A stretch of DNA of 64,000 nt, taken from assembly GCA_043826565.1 (NCBI GenBank), contig JBDRPX010000033.1, positions 21,268-85,267 on the forward strand, given 5' to 3'. Both the position numbers and the translations under genes were made by a program. This document shows positions 8,617 to 17,917 of the stretch, one piece after another. The DNA comes from Candidatus Omnitrophota bacterium (lineage in GTDB: Bacteria > Omnitrophota > Gorgyraeia > B26-G9). Numbering within the stretch: the first letter of the stretch is position 1; each line of letters begins with the position of its first letter. Under the pieces are notes generated by a model that was not told the origin of the DNA, did no database searches, and saw only the letters and a program-made list of their open reading frames with translations.

Positions 8617-9169
8617 GTTTCAATCCACGCTCCCGCATGGGGAGCGACAAATACGCAGACCGGGACGGATTAAGATTATTTGTTTCAATCCACGCTCCCG
8701 CATGGGGAGCGACCACCCTTCAGCCAGGTTTCAAACACTTCTTTGTGTTTCAATCCACGCTCCCGCATGGGGAGCGACCTTAAAACCATGACTAATACAA
8801 CTGCAACACAGTTTCAATCCACGCTCCCGCATGGGGAGCGACTTCGCTGGTCCAGGCGCTGCCGTTCCAGATCTGTTTCAATCCACGCTCCCGCATGGGG
8901 AGCGACTTATGGTCTCAGTCGACAGTTCAAGGATATGCCTGTTTCAATCCACGCTCCCGCATGGGGAGCGACGCAACGATCGGATTTTGTTCAGTTTGTG
9001 AAACCGTTTCAATCCACGCTCCCGCATGGGGAGCGACGGTTAAGGCTGGCTTTTAAAGTGATTGGATGGAAGTTTCAATCCACGCTCCCGCATGGGGAGC
9101 GACATAATTCTAGGTCTAATTGTCGGGGTGTGGATTAGTTTCAATCCACGCTCCCGCATGGGGAGCGAC
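8617..9169 (-). CRISPR. Type I-C CRISPR array, 9 identical 32-bp repeats, 8 spacers of 32-34 bp
   Basis: Repeat (minus) GTCGCTCCCCATGCGGGAGCGTGGATTGAAAC. Plus-strand starts at 8617, 8682, 8747, 8811, 8875, 8941, 9006, 9072, 9138. Orientation inferred from the ATTGAAAC 3' end and the leader next to cas2. Confidence 0.98.
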
Positions 9170-9354
9170 GGTTACGTTACAACTTTTTTTATTTCAGACA
9201 CTTAAAAAATCATTTCTGCGAAACATTAACATTCTTGCAAAATATCCACCCTATATATAGCCTCCAACTATTTAACTATTTAATTGTCAAAGAACTACAA
9301 AGATTGCGAATCTTCCTCGTTGCCCATTATATCCTAAGGTTCGCGCTTGAATTT
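9170..9354 (-). promoter_or_regulatory. CRISPR leader
   Basis: AT-rich non-coding stretch between the cas2 stop and the first repeat, with TGCGAA..GGTTCGC inverted motifs typical of I-C leaders. Confidence 0.8.
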
Positions 9355-9648
9355 TTACAAAATAAGCGTATCTTCTTCCAAGTTGGGCACTTTCTTTGTT
9401 CCAACATGCTCAACCCGCCTTTTCCAATTAGCCCCCAAAAAATAAAACCGCAGGCTGTCGGTTTTCTGATTTATTTCTTTTATCAACTGCGCCCGTAACA
9501 TCGTCCAATGGACAGGATCGACTATACACTCAAATACTGAATACTGCACTCTCTGTCCATAATCAACACATGTTTTAGCAACCCTTCGCAAACGGCGCCG
9601 GCCTTCTTTTGTTAAAGTACTTACATCATAACTTACGATTACCAACAT
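9355..9648 (-). CDS. cas2: CRISPR-associated endonuclease Cas2
   Basis: MLVIVSYDV, GQRVQYSVFEC, DSLRFY. Confidence 0.97.
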   Translation of the reverse strand: MLVIVSYDVSTLTKEGRRRLRRVAKTCVDYGQRVQYSVFECIVDPVHWTMLRAQLIKEINQKTDSLRFYFLGANWKRRVEHVGTKKVPNLEEDTLIL

Positions 9649-9663
9649 ATATCTTTCCTCTTA

Positions 9664-10695
9664 TTATTTTGATACAAATGCCGGATACCCCTCAATATCT
9701 CCCCGCAAATACCGCGCGAACAACAATGCCTGCACATAAAACAAAAGACCTACTTTTATTTCCTCTTTCAAATAAGGGTGTGTTATTGATTCTTGTTTGC
9801 GGCTTTGATAAGCAGTGATTACAGTTTTGCGCGTTTCATCGTTCATAATAACTGCGCCGCTCTCCATCTTTTTAAATCCGCTTTTTTTAACTTGTCCCAG
9901 ATTTATCAGAGAAAGCACCAAACGGTCAGCCAAATATGCTCTAAATTCTTCCTGCATATCAAGAGCAAGTCCCGGACGGCCGGGACGGTCCCGGTGCAAA
10001 AATCCAACATACGGATCAAGGCCTACGGTTTCCAGTGCCGAACGCACATCATGCATTATTAATGTGTATAAAAAAGAAAGCAGACAATTGACATTGTCCC
10101 GCGGCGGACGACGGTTACGTTCATTAAAACTAAAATCCTCTTTTTGCTGTAGTATTAAATGGTCAAAAACACCAAAATAAGCCGCCGCAGACTCCCCTTC
10201 AATCCCGCGCAATTCATCCAAGGAGCCGGCTCTCTGAAGATTCTGCAAAGAATAGCGCAGTCTATTTGCCGCTGTATCAACACTATCTTTTTCCGGCTGA
10301 TCAGGATAATCACGAGTAAATCTTTTCAAGACATTCCTGGAATTAGCCAGCTTACTCATAAGTATCCATTGCGCCACGGCAAGACTAATATTAATATCAT
10401 CCGCATACCGATACTGGGTACGCCGCAATAACACATTACCCTGGGTCTTCCCTTTTACCGAAGCCAGGAACCTGCCGTATTCTGTAAGAAAACTTACTGT
10501 CACTTTATGTTCGGCACAAAAACCCATTAAATACGGGCTCATACTCACTTGTCCGAAACAAACAATACCGCCGATTGTATGCACTGGTAATCGCAGACGC
10601 GTATCATCCCCAACTTTCACAACAATGGTTTCTCCCTCTTTGTGCAAATAAGAACCCTGGGTAGTAACAAATAATATATTTAATAAATGCTTCAT
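9664..10695 (-). CDS. cas1: Type I-C Cas1
   Basis: MKHLLN.LFVTTQG, LRGIEG, RRPPRDNVN.LLSF.Y, GLDPYVGFLH, LALD..EEFR. Confidence 0.97.
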   Translation of the reverse strand: MKHLLNILFVTTQGSYLHKEGETIVVKVGDDTRLRLPVHTIGGIVCFGQVSMSPYLMGFCAEHKVTVSFLTEYGRFLASVKGKTQGNVLLRRTQYRYADDINISLAVAQWILMSKLANSRNVLKRFTRDYPDQPEKDSVDTAANRLRYSLQNLQRAGSLDELRGIEGESAAAYFGVFDHLILQQKEDFSFNERNRRPPRDNVNCLLSFLYTLIMHDVRSALETVGLDPYVGFLHRDRPGRPGLALDMQEEFRAYLADRLVLSLINLGQVKKSGFKKMESGAVIMNDETRKTVITAYQSRKQESITHPYLKEEIKVGLLFYVQALLFARYLRGDIEGYPAFVSK

Positions 10696-11318
10696 TACCC
10701 TATCAATACCTTCTCAAAATAATCACTCACTCCGTTATCGACTAAGATTTTCGGCATACACAAATCAAGCAATGAACATTTTTCACAGCGTTTTTCATAT
10801 ACAGCCGGCGGAGTTTTTCCCGCCTGCATAAGTTCATGCACACACCTAATCGCGTCTATGGTTATATCACGCAAATGCCGACTAAATATTACTTCCAGCC
10901 GATGACGCGTTTTCCCGTAAAAAATAGCACCTTTTTCAATCTCTATATCCAGCATCTCTTCCAGACAAAGTGCCTGCGCGCAAAGCTGAACCTTATCCGA
11001 ATCATCACGCTTAGGTTTGCCTCTTTTATACTCAACCGGAAACGGTACCCACACATCACCTTTTTTATGAAATTCAACAACATCTGCTTTGCCGCTTAAT
11101 CCTAAACGCATTGAATAGAGAGACACGCCATGTTCCATTCTAACGCCGGAACGTTTTTGATATTTCTCCTCATGCACATTATCATGCATCACCCGGCCCT
11201 CGGCAGTGAACAAATTTTCAATCCACACCTGTTCAAGATGGATCAACGCGCATTGCCGACGGCAGAAAATAAAATGCTGTAAAGCAGAAAGCTGTATAAA
11301 ATCTTCGTCAGAATACAT
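10695..11318 (-). CDS. cas4: Cas4
   Basis: FCRRQ, GKADVVEF, PVEYKRG, QLCAQ, C-terminal C..CSL..LC Fe-S ligands. Confidence 0.96.
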   Translation of the reverse strand: MYSDEDFIQLSALQHFIFCRRQCALIHLEQVWIENLFTAEGRVMHDNVHEEKYQKRSGVRMEHGVSLYSMRLGLSGKADVVEFHKKGDVWVPFPVEYKRGKPKRDDSDKVQLCAQALCLEEMLDIEIEKGAIFYGKTRHRLEVIFSRHLRDITIDAIRCVHELMQAGKTPPAVYEKRCEKCSLLDLCMPKILVDNGVSDYFEKVLIG

Positions 11319-12160
11319 TACTTTATCTTTTTTCTCGACTCATTTTCTTTCAAATAATTATTTTTGGAAACAATCGGCCTTTTAAGTTTTTTCTCTAACG
11401 CTTTTCGGGCATTACCAGCTATACTACCTCCAGAGTGCGCATCTTTTTTAAGTTTCTTTACTCCTATAGAATTTTCGTTCCGATGAATCTCTGTGGTAGA
11501 CCTCTCTCCCAGCATGGTAAAAATCAACTCAAAATCATCCATATGATCCCGCAAATTCTCCCGTTTCAGCCCCTTTAGCTTTTTATATTCATTTGGCGTA
11601 ACACCAAACGCGGCTTTAGAAACTTCCGCCGTTAATATTTCGTAGTCTCTATCTTCTTTTGCCCCCCGCTTTTGCCACTCATCAGTCAACTCATCCCGGA
11701 TAGCAATACCTCTCATACGTTTTTCTATCCAGTCTTCGCTGTACCCCTTTAGCTTATAAAGCATTCTGGTCCTTTTAGTCGCCAGCTCCGGATTTTCTAT
11801 CTCTTGTATCTTTTCATAACCAGCCTTTGCCAGCCAGCGTTTGAACGGCTCGGCTTTAGGCGAAGGAATGGATTGAACAAGTCTAAAAATTCCTTCCGTA
11901 TTCCAACAATACATCTTTTGCTTGCCCCCCGGCGTTTCTACTTCAAGCATAAGGGGTGGTACAAATTGTACCCCCCCTTGATCTATTAATTTCGCAAGCT
12001 CTTCATCTCTCTGTTTTAACCGCTTAAAGTATTGCGCGGGGTCATTAGAATCAGTTAACGATTTAATAACATCATTAACCACAAACCACCATTCTTTTTG
12101 ATGCAGTGTCTTCCTAATTTTTTCGCCTTTAAATATTGCGATTTTAGTGTTAAAGCTCAT
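11318..12160 (-). CDS. Bro-N domain (phage antirepressor-like) DNA-binding protein
   Basis: IRK...WWFVVNDVI, RLVQSIPSPKAEPFKRWLA, IR.ELTDEW, LKRENLRDHM, GG.IAGNARK. Confidence 0.85.
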   Translation of the reverse strand: MSFNTKIAIFKGEKIRKTLHQKEWWFVVNDVIKSLTDSNDPAQYFKRLKQRDEELAKLIDQGGVQFVPPLMLEVETPGGKQKMYCWNTEGIFRLVQSIPSPKAEPFKRWLAKAGYEKIQEIENPELATKRTRMLYKLKGYSEDWIEKRMRGIAIRDELTDEWQKRGAKEDRDYEILTAEVSKAAFGVTPNEYKKLKGLKRENLRDHMDDFELIFTMLGERSTTEIHRNENSIGVKKLKKDAHSGGSIAGNARKALEKKLKRPIVSKNNYLKENESRKKIK

Positions 12161-12184
12161 TTGACATCTCCTTGCTTGGATAAA

Positions 12185-13021
12185 TTACAACTTTTCTATA
12201 ATCTCGACCCCGGATGGTATTTTATCTTTATTTATTACAACCGAATAATCTTTCCATTCACGCGGTAAACCAGCATTATTTTTTATACTGATACGTTCAA
12301 ATAATTCACCCGAACGCGCATTACCAAGATGACTCGCGTGTTTAAAAATAATTAATTTACGCGGATTCATTTCACCACGAGCAGCTGCGCGGTCATGTTC
12401 AAAAGCGTTTAAAAGAGATTCCCAAAGAAGTTCTAAGTCATTTTCTGAAAATTTAGTTTTTGTGGCATCTACGGCTGATATGAATCCATGCATACGATAA
12501 AGAGCATATGGGACAGTAGCTTTACGGCCAAAAGTGGAAGCGTGTTCTCTTTTTTCCTGGGCCTTTGCTTCGGCTGGTGTTGTTACTGCGCACCGTGTAA
12601 TAGAATGCTCTGCCTGATATATACGGTCTTGTGATCTGGAAAAAGTAAACTGAACAGGTCCCCGAACAGTTCCAGCACCTTTGTCTCCTGTGCTTAATAC
12701 TGCTCCAAAGGTTCTAATATCAAAATAATTCTGACATAAAGAGTTTTGTCTATCTTGTGGCCTTTCACCCGACGCGGAATCAATAATATTATTCAGAATA
12801 TTTTCCTGCCGAATAAAAATATCATAAGGAGCTTTCAATTGATGCTTCAATGTAACATAATTTCTAACTTTTCTCTTAATACACACATCTGTTACCAAGC
12901 CCTCCTGATTTTCAGCGTCAGTGCGCGGTAAATTTGCCTGATCGGGATCACCGTTAGGATTGCCGTCTTTCACATCAAACAGAAATACAAAATCATACCT
13001 ATTTTTTATTGCTTCGTTCAT
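12185..13021 (-). CDS. cas7: Type I-C Cas7/Csd2
   Basis: NRYDFVFLFDV.DGNPNGDPD, VTDVCIKRKVRN, DIRTFGAV, VRGPVQ, PYALY. Confidence 0.96.
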   Translation of the reverse strand: MNEAIKNRYDFVFLFDVKDGNPNGDPDQANLPRTDAENQEGLVTDVCIKRKVRNYVTLKHQLKAPYDIFIRQENILNNIIDSASGERPQDRQNSLCQNYFDIRTFGAVLSTGDKGAGTVRGPVQFTFSRSQDRIYQAEHSITRCAVTTPAEAKAQEKREHASTFGRKATVPYALYRMHGFISAVDATKTKFSENDLELLWESLLNAFEHDRAAARGEMNPRKLIIFKHASHLGNARSGELFERISIKNNAGLPREWKDYSVVINKDKIPSGVEIIEKL

Positions 13022-13022
13022 T

Positions 13023-14783
13023 TTATTCCTCCTCTATCGTTTCTTTTAATTCCGCCCTATTAAATTGCGCTTGTTTTTGGTGATAATAGCCGATTGCAAA
13101 TTGGCCCTGTTCTTCCAGAGTAAATACTGATGGAAAATTTTCAATTTTAATTTCCTTACATAACGACTGTAATTCTTTGTCTAATACAACCGCCAGTCCC
13201 GGTTTTTCTCCTTTTAGTTTTGTGAAATGCTTTGAACTTAAATTGAATAACCTGCCGAAAGCCGGAGATGGTGTAGTCAAAGCAAATGTAAAATACCTTT
13301 CTCTTATTCCCGCGTTAGTTTTACCCTGAGCGGCTCGTTGAATGCTCTCCAATACCGCGAAAATTCTTCCGCAGGTATAAGCCGTGGGTTTGTTTGTTCC
13401 AGTTAATTTTTCCTGAGCCATAAAATCACCTCCTCTATTGTTTCGGTTAAGAATCAGCTTAATTAGTGATGCCCGTTCACGAGTAACACCATTTTGATCT
13501 AATTGCGCGCGTTTCAATACAGCTGATAAAATCCATAAAGGCAGAGTAGTATTTTTCAATGCTGCATCCCATAAATAAACGGCGGTGCGAGATAAAATTG
13601 TATCTTTATTTTCTTTCTCTTTTTGACAACATCTTGCTAATTCATAAAGGCGCGAATAATATGTCTGGCTTCTCTTTAAATCAAAATCATAATAGTCTAT
13701 CGCTATATCTTTAAACCAGCATCCGATTGACTTCCGAAAATCCGCAAGGCTGGTTTCTATCCAGTCACGTACAACAATGCGAGCCGCTGCTCCGGAAAGC
13801 GTACAAGAATAAAATCTATCTGTCTCAAGGTATTGCATATTTTTTGTTTCGCCGGCAGTTATGGAGTCAATCAGACTTGCTACCTCCTGTGGGTCAGGGG
13901 CATCCAGTAAATCAATTTCTTTGATTTTTTCATTTTCCCGTGTCCAAAAAACCATTGCCGTATCTGAACCAAAATTTTTACGATTAGTATAATTTGTATA
14001 CTCTTTTCCTTTCTTGTTTTTTACTCTTGATCCTGTTGATAAAAGCCAATTCAAACCTTCAACATATGTTTTAGCGCAATTTGTGCATATTGCGGAATTA
14101 TTATTGCCCTCTAAGTTATATGATTCAAAAGCATCTTCATTATAAGACACCAAAGCGGAACCGCTACTTTGACCATCAGGAACTCTCTTAATCATGCCAT
14201 GAGGTGTATCACACACAGGGTAATTTGTTTTTCCACAAATTGAACATTTAATATTAGATGTGGCTAGGAATGATTTTTGCTCGTTTTCATAATGTTCAAT
14301 CAAGCTTTGATAAACTGCCGATTCTTCATGAACACGCTTATCTTTATTCAAAATTCGAAAAGCAATATTACCTCTTCTTTCTTTTTCATTGGGAATCGCT
14401 TTCTCAAACTCAATCAGCGCTTTATCCAATCCATTTATTTTATTTTGTCCATAAAAAACTAAAACCGGTGTTAACTCCTTTAAATTCTTGTATTGCTCCA
14501 GTTTTCCCATAAACAACCAATGCTTTTTTATAGACGATTCGCCGCCATAACCCAACACCTCTTCTGCTTTATCAAGGAGCAACCGCGCTTTGCCTTTCTT
14601 AGCTGTAATTGCCTCCGCGGTTGTCATCTTTTTTTCAAACAGCAGAAAAGAATGAAAACTACCATCTTCCTTAATAACGAGATCAATGGAAATCGGATCT
14701 TCTTTTAAAGCATCATGAATCAATTTTTGCCCTGAATTTTGTATGCGGAGTTTTTTACCAAGTTCACTTAATTCCCGAATCAT
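13023..14783 (-). CDS. cas8c: Type I-C Cas8c/Csd1 large subunit
   Basis: CSICG, LVSYNEDAFESY, AY.CGRIFAVLE, EQGQFAIGYYHQ. Confidence 0.93.
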   Translation of the reverse strand: MIRELSELGKKLRIQNSGQKLIHDALKEDPISIDLVIKEDGSFHSFLLFEKKMTTAEAITAKKGKARLLLDKAEEVLGYGGESSIKKHWLFMGKLEQYKNLKELTPVLVFYGQNKINGLDKALIEFEKAIPNEKERRGNIAFRILNKDKRVHEESAVYQSLIEHYENEQKSFLATSNIKCSICGKTNYPVCDTPHGMIKRVPDGQSSGSALVSYNEDAFESYNLEGNNNSAICTNCAKTYVEGLNWLLSTGSRVKNKKGKEYTNYTNRKNFGSDTAMVFWTRENEKIKEIDLLDAPDPQEVASLIDSITAGETKNMQYLETDRFYSCTLSGAAARIVVRDWIETSLADFRKSIGCWFKDIAIDYYDFDLKRSQTYYSRLYELARCCQKEKENKDTILSRTAVYLWDAALKNTTLPLWILSAVLKRAQLDQNGVTRERASLIKLILNRNNRGGDFMAQEKLTGTNKPTAYTCGRIFAVLESIQRAAQGKTNAGIRERYFTFALTTPSPAFGRLFNLSSKHFTKLKGEKPGLAVVLDKELQSLCKEIKIENFPSVFTLEEQGQFAIGYYHQKQAQFNRAELKETIEEE

Positions 14784-15508
14784 AACTCCACCCCCTCATC
14801 CTGATTAAAATTATAAATAACCGCGGATGTTTCGCTATTTATTGGGGGGCGGACATGGGTTGATTGCATCATTTTGTCATTTTCCGGAACTTCACAATTT
14901 AAAACACCGTTACGTATTGCCGCATCATAGAAAAACAACGGTTCAGGCTTTCCATTCGCGTCATAAAATATATCGAACAGCATACTCCCGATAGGAATTG
15001 TTTCCTGTATCGGTTGTTCATTTCCATCCGGCGCCATAAATTCAGCAGAAAACTCACGCGTGCCAAGATACGGCCTGCGCCAGCATTGTCCTTTTTTTAC
15101 TCGGCGGGGGAACATACCTTCTCTTCCGCTATTCATTCCAATGTACTTTTCAGGACGGTTCTTATCAGATTTTTCTTTTTGCCAAATTGACGCTTCAATG
15201 ATATAAGCCGCATCCTTTAACACTACACTGTTACGTTGCGCGCGCTTTTCTTCAATTACAATAGGTCTTCGCCCTTGTTTAGAATTAATCTCATTACGCT
15301 TAACCGTATAAAATTTAATTGGGTTCAAAACTAATATTTTTCTTACATACCACTGAAATTCCGGCTTCCACAAAATTGAATCAAGAACGCCCCTTGCCGC
15401 AGAAGGAGTCATACAAGGATAGGTCATTCGTTCTACTTTCAGGTCTGGTCTTGTAAAACACGCGAAATCTCCCGTCACTTTAACACGTACAATTTGTTTA
15501 TCAATCAT
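14780..15508 (-). CDS. cas5: Type I-C Cas5d (crRNA-processing Cas5)
   Basis: GDFACFTRP..KVER.TY..MTPSAARG, WKP, PYLGTREF. Confidence 0.95.
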   Translation of the reverse strand: MIDKQIVRVKVTGDFACFTRPDLKVERMTYPCMTPSAARGVLDSILWKPEFQWYVRKILVLNPIKFYTVKRNEINSKQGRRPIVIEEKRAQRNSVVLKDAAYIIEASIWQKEKSDKNRPEKYIGMNSGREGMFPRRVKKGQCWRRPYLGTREFSAEFMAPDGNEQPIQETIPIGSMLFDIFYDANGKPEPLFFYDAAIRNGVLNCEVPENDKMMQSTHVRPPINSETSAVIYNFNQDEGVEL

Positions 15509-15550
15509 AAAATCACCTCCAATTTTTTTAACTATTATTTGAAGTTGTTT

Positions 15551-17725
15551 TCATACTATTAATTTATCCGCCTCAATCGGCTCTACAGAAATACCGGTAT
15601 TTGAGTCATAATTTCCATACCAAACGAAAAAACCTTGAGGCATTTTTTTACACATATTTTGATTCTTAAATAAAAAATTCTGATAAACCTGCACAGTAAA
15701 TGCCTGCATCTTACGGTAATCATCCCGCGATAAATATTCCTTATGTTCTATAGAGTGAAATATTTTTTTACTTTCTTCGCTATAGCTATAAATGAAAAGC
15801 CCTTCGGTTACGTTAGAAATCAATCTATAGCTATCACCAACTGTTTCAAAATTAAAATCTTCCTGTGCTTTTATAATATTATTCTTATCCGGATCCACAA
15901 ATAAATTCACTACTTGAGAATAATATTCCTGGAAGAAATCATAGTCATATAATTTATTAATATCCGTCTGAATCAAACTTTTTGTATGTTCCGCGCACGC
16001 TTTATAAGTTTTATCCGGCATCCCGCTTTCTTTTAGTTGAAATAAATACACTTTCCCATATTCCGGCAATTTCCCTTCACGATTACACCGTCCCGCTGAC
16101 TGAATAATAGATTCCAGCGGCGCCATTGCGCGAAAAACGCAAGAAAAATCAAAATCTACTCCTGCTTCAATCAGTTGGGTGGAAGAAACTAATATTTTAC
16201 GTTTTTTTTCTAAATCCTCCCGAATATTATCAATAATTTGTCTGCGATGAACAGGACACATCGCCGTTGACAAATGGTATTTTTTTTCCCAAACTTCAAT
16301 GTTTTGAGCACAGTTATAAAAATTCAAAACAGCTTTCTTTGTATTAAATATGACCAAAACAGAAGAATTTGTTTCTTTTACAGTTTCCAGCAATTCATCA
16401 AGCTCGATAGCGTTTAAATCTTGCAAAAGATTATAATCAACCCTCCGGGTTTTTTCGAAAATTTCTGAAGGATTATCAATAAGCGGATATATTGAATCGA
16501 TTCCATTAAATTTATCCCGTTTTTCAAACGCGGGTTGTGTTGCCGTACAAAACAAAAAAGATGCACCCATTACTGCCTGAATATTTTTTAGTATGGAAAG
16601 TGTCGGCAAAATAATTTCTTTGGGCAGGGATTGAACCTCATCGAAAATCACTACGGATTGAGCGATATTATGATTTTTACGGCATTTGGAAGGCTTATTG
16701 CTGAAAAGTGATTCAAAAAATTGAACTGTTGTTGTCACAATAATTGGATAATCCCAATTTTCACAGGCTAAAATTTTTCTTTTTTGAATGGTATCTAAAT
16801 TATTTTCATCATCCTGTATCGCGGAATTATTTTCATTATAGCTGGAGTGATGTTCCAATACCAATTTTTCGCCGAATATTCTTTTTAACTCAGAGGCTGT
16901 TTGGTCAATAATATTAATATAAGGCAATACTATTATAATTCGCTTTAATCCGTTTGCTTTCGCATGACGAAGAGCCCATGCTATGGAGATAAGCGTTTTC
17001 CCAGTGCCTGTCGGAAGATTCAACGAATAAAAACCAGGTGTTTTATTTGCCTTTTCCAAAACAATTTTTCTTGTATAATTACGTAACTGATTGAGTTCCC
17101 CATTCGTAGGCTTATTAGAAAATTCTTTTTCAAGTTTTTCTATCATTTCATCTATCGGTAAAATATATTTACCGCGGCTTTGAGATTTATCAGGTTCATA
17201 AAAGGCCTCGGTATCAAGCCAATCCGCATCTATTAAAGCACTAAACAAATAGCGGATAAAAAGTTCTCTTTGTAATGGATCTGAATATACCGCTGATAAA
17301 GATTTATTATTGTTCTCAGAAAAAGCAGTATCTTTTATAAAAGACTCAATAACCGAATCAAATTCAGCCACATCTTTTCTTTTGAATTTTTCTGTATCTA
17401 TTTTTAAATCAGATTTATTGGGCAAACCTTTATGATGTCCATCAATTGCAAAAGGGATCTCAATCATTCCAAGAATTCTGGCATATCCGGCTCCCCATAC
17501 GGCATGAGGAACACTACCACGCTTGCCACCTTCAACAAGATATTTCTGAAAATCTGGTTGATATTTTCCAAAATCGTGCAACATCCCGGCTATATTGAAT
17601 AAAAATTTCACGGTATCGTTATTACCAAACGATGCTGCTAATTTTGCGACGTTTTTTAAATGCTCGCCAAGCGTCTGCCATTCACTTTTCGGTTTATCTT
17701 TTAAACTATGCGCGTAATATTTCAT
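15551..17725 (-). CDS. cas3: Cas3 HD nuclease/helicase
   Basis: YYAHS, HDFGK, DADWLDT, LPTGTGKT, DEVQ, TATQP, QSAGRCNR. Start set at MKYYAHS (17725, SD GGGGGA) rather than the ORF-track 17785. Confidence 0.96.
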   Translation of the reverse strand: MKYYAHSLKDKPKSEWQTLGEHLKNVAKLAASFGNNDTVKFLFNIAGMLHDFGKYQPDFQKYLVEGGKRGSVPHAVWGAGYARILGMIEIPFAIDGHHKGLPNKSDLKIDTEKFKRKDVAEFDSVIESFIKDTAFSENNNKSLSAVYSDPLQRELFIRYLFSALIDADWLDTEAFYEPDKSQSRGKYILPIDEMIEKLEKEFSNKPTNGELNQLRNYTRKIVLEKANKTPGFYSLNLPTGTGKTLISIAWALRHAKANGLKRIIIVLPYINIIDQTASELKRIFGEKLVLEHHSSYNENNSAIQDDENNLDTIQKRKILACENWDYPIIVTTTVQFFESLFSNKPSKCRKNHNIAQSVVIFDEVQSLPKEIILPTLSILKNIQAVMGASFLFCTATQPAFEKRDKFNGIDSIYPLIDNPSEIFEKTRRVDYNLLQDLNAIELDELLETVKETNSSVLVIFNTKKAVLNFYNCAQNIEVWEKKYHLSTAMCPVHRRQIIDNIREDLEKKRKILVSSTQLIEAGVDFDFSCVFRAMAPLESIIQSAGRCNREGKLPEYGKVYLFQLKESGMPDKTYKACAEHTKSLIQTDINKLYDYDFFQEYYSQVVNLFVDPDKNNIIKAQEDFNFETVGDSYRLISNVTEGLFIYSYSEESKKIFHSIEHKEYLSRDDYRKMQAFTVQVYQNFLFKNQNMCKKMPQGFFVWYGNYDSNTGISVEPIEADKLIV

Positions 17726-17807
17726 TTTCCCCCGATAAGATGCATTGACTACCAATCTCACGACCACCGCTTTCTTTACCTCCAAACACGGTTAGTTCCT
17801 CCTTCAT
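17706..17807 (-). other. 33-aa ORF with strong SD overlapping the cas3 start (leader peptide or antirepressor relic)
   Basis: AGGAGAGGGAAAA-ATG at 17807; MKEELTVFGGKESGGREIGSQCILSGENEILRA*. Confidence 0.4.
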
Positions 17808-17870
17808 TTTTCCCTCTCCTCAAATTCGACAGAATTAAACTTTCCTCTAAACCCATTTCAAAACTCTCTT

Positions 17871-17917
17871 AAAAACAAAAAAACCACCGCTGGGCGTATT
17901 TGCCCAACGAAGGTTTT
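17871..17917 (-). terminator. Intrinsic terminator-like hairpin in the cas3 leader
   Basis: Minus strand AAAACCTTCGTTGGGC-AAATAC-GCCCAGCGGTGGTTTTTTTGTTTTT: imperfect stem followed by a U-tract. Confidence 0.6.

Noticed and set aside
8526-9138. Plus-strand ORFs with repeated FQSTLPHGER / VSIHAPAWGAT
   Set aside because: Translations of the CRISPR repeats.
17726-17785. Extended Cas3 N-terminus from the ORF track
   Set aside because: TTG start; Cas3 HD domains begin near YAHS, and an SD precedes the ATG at 17725.
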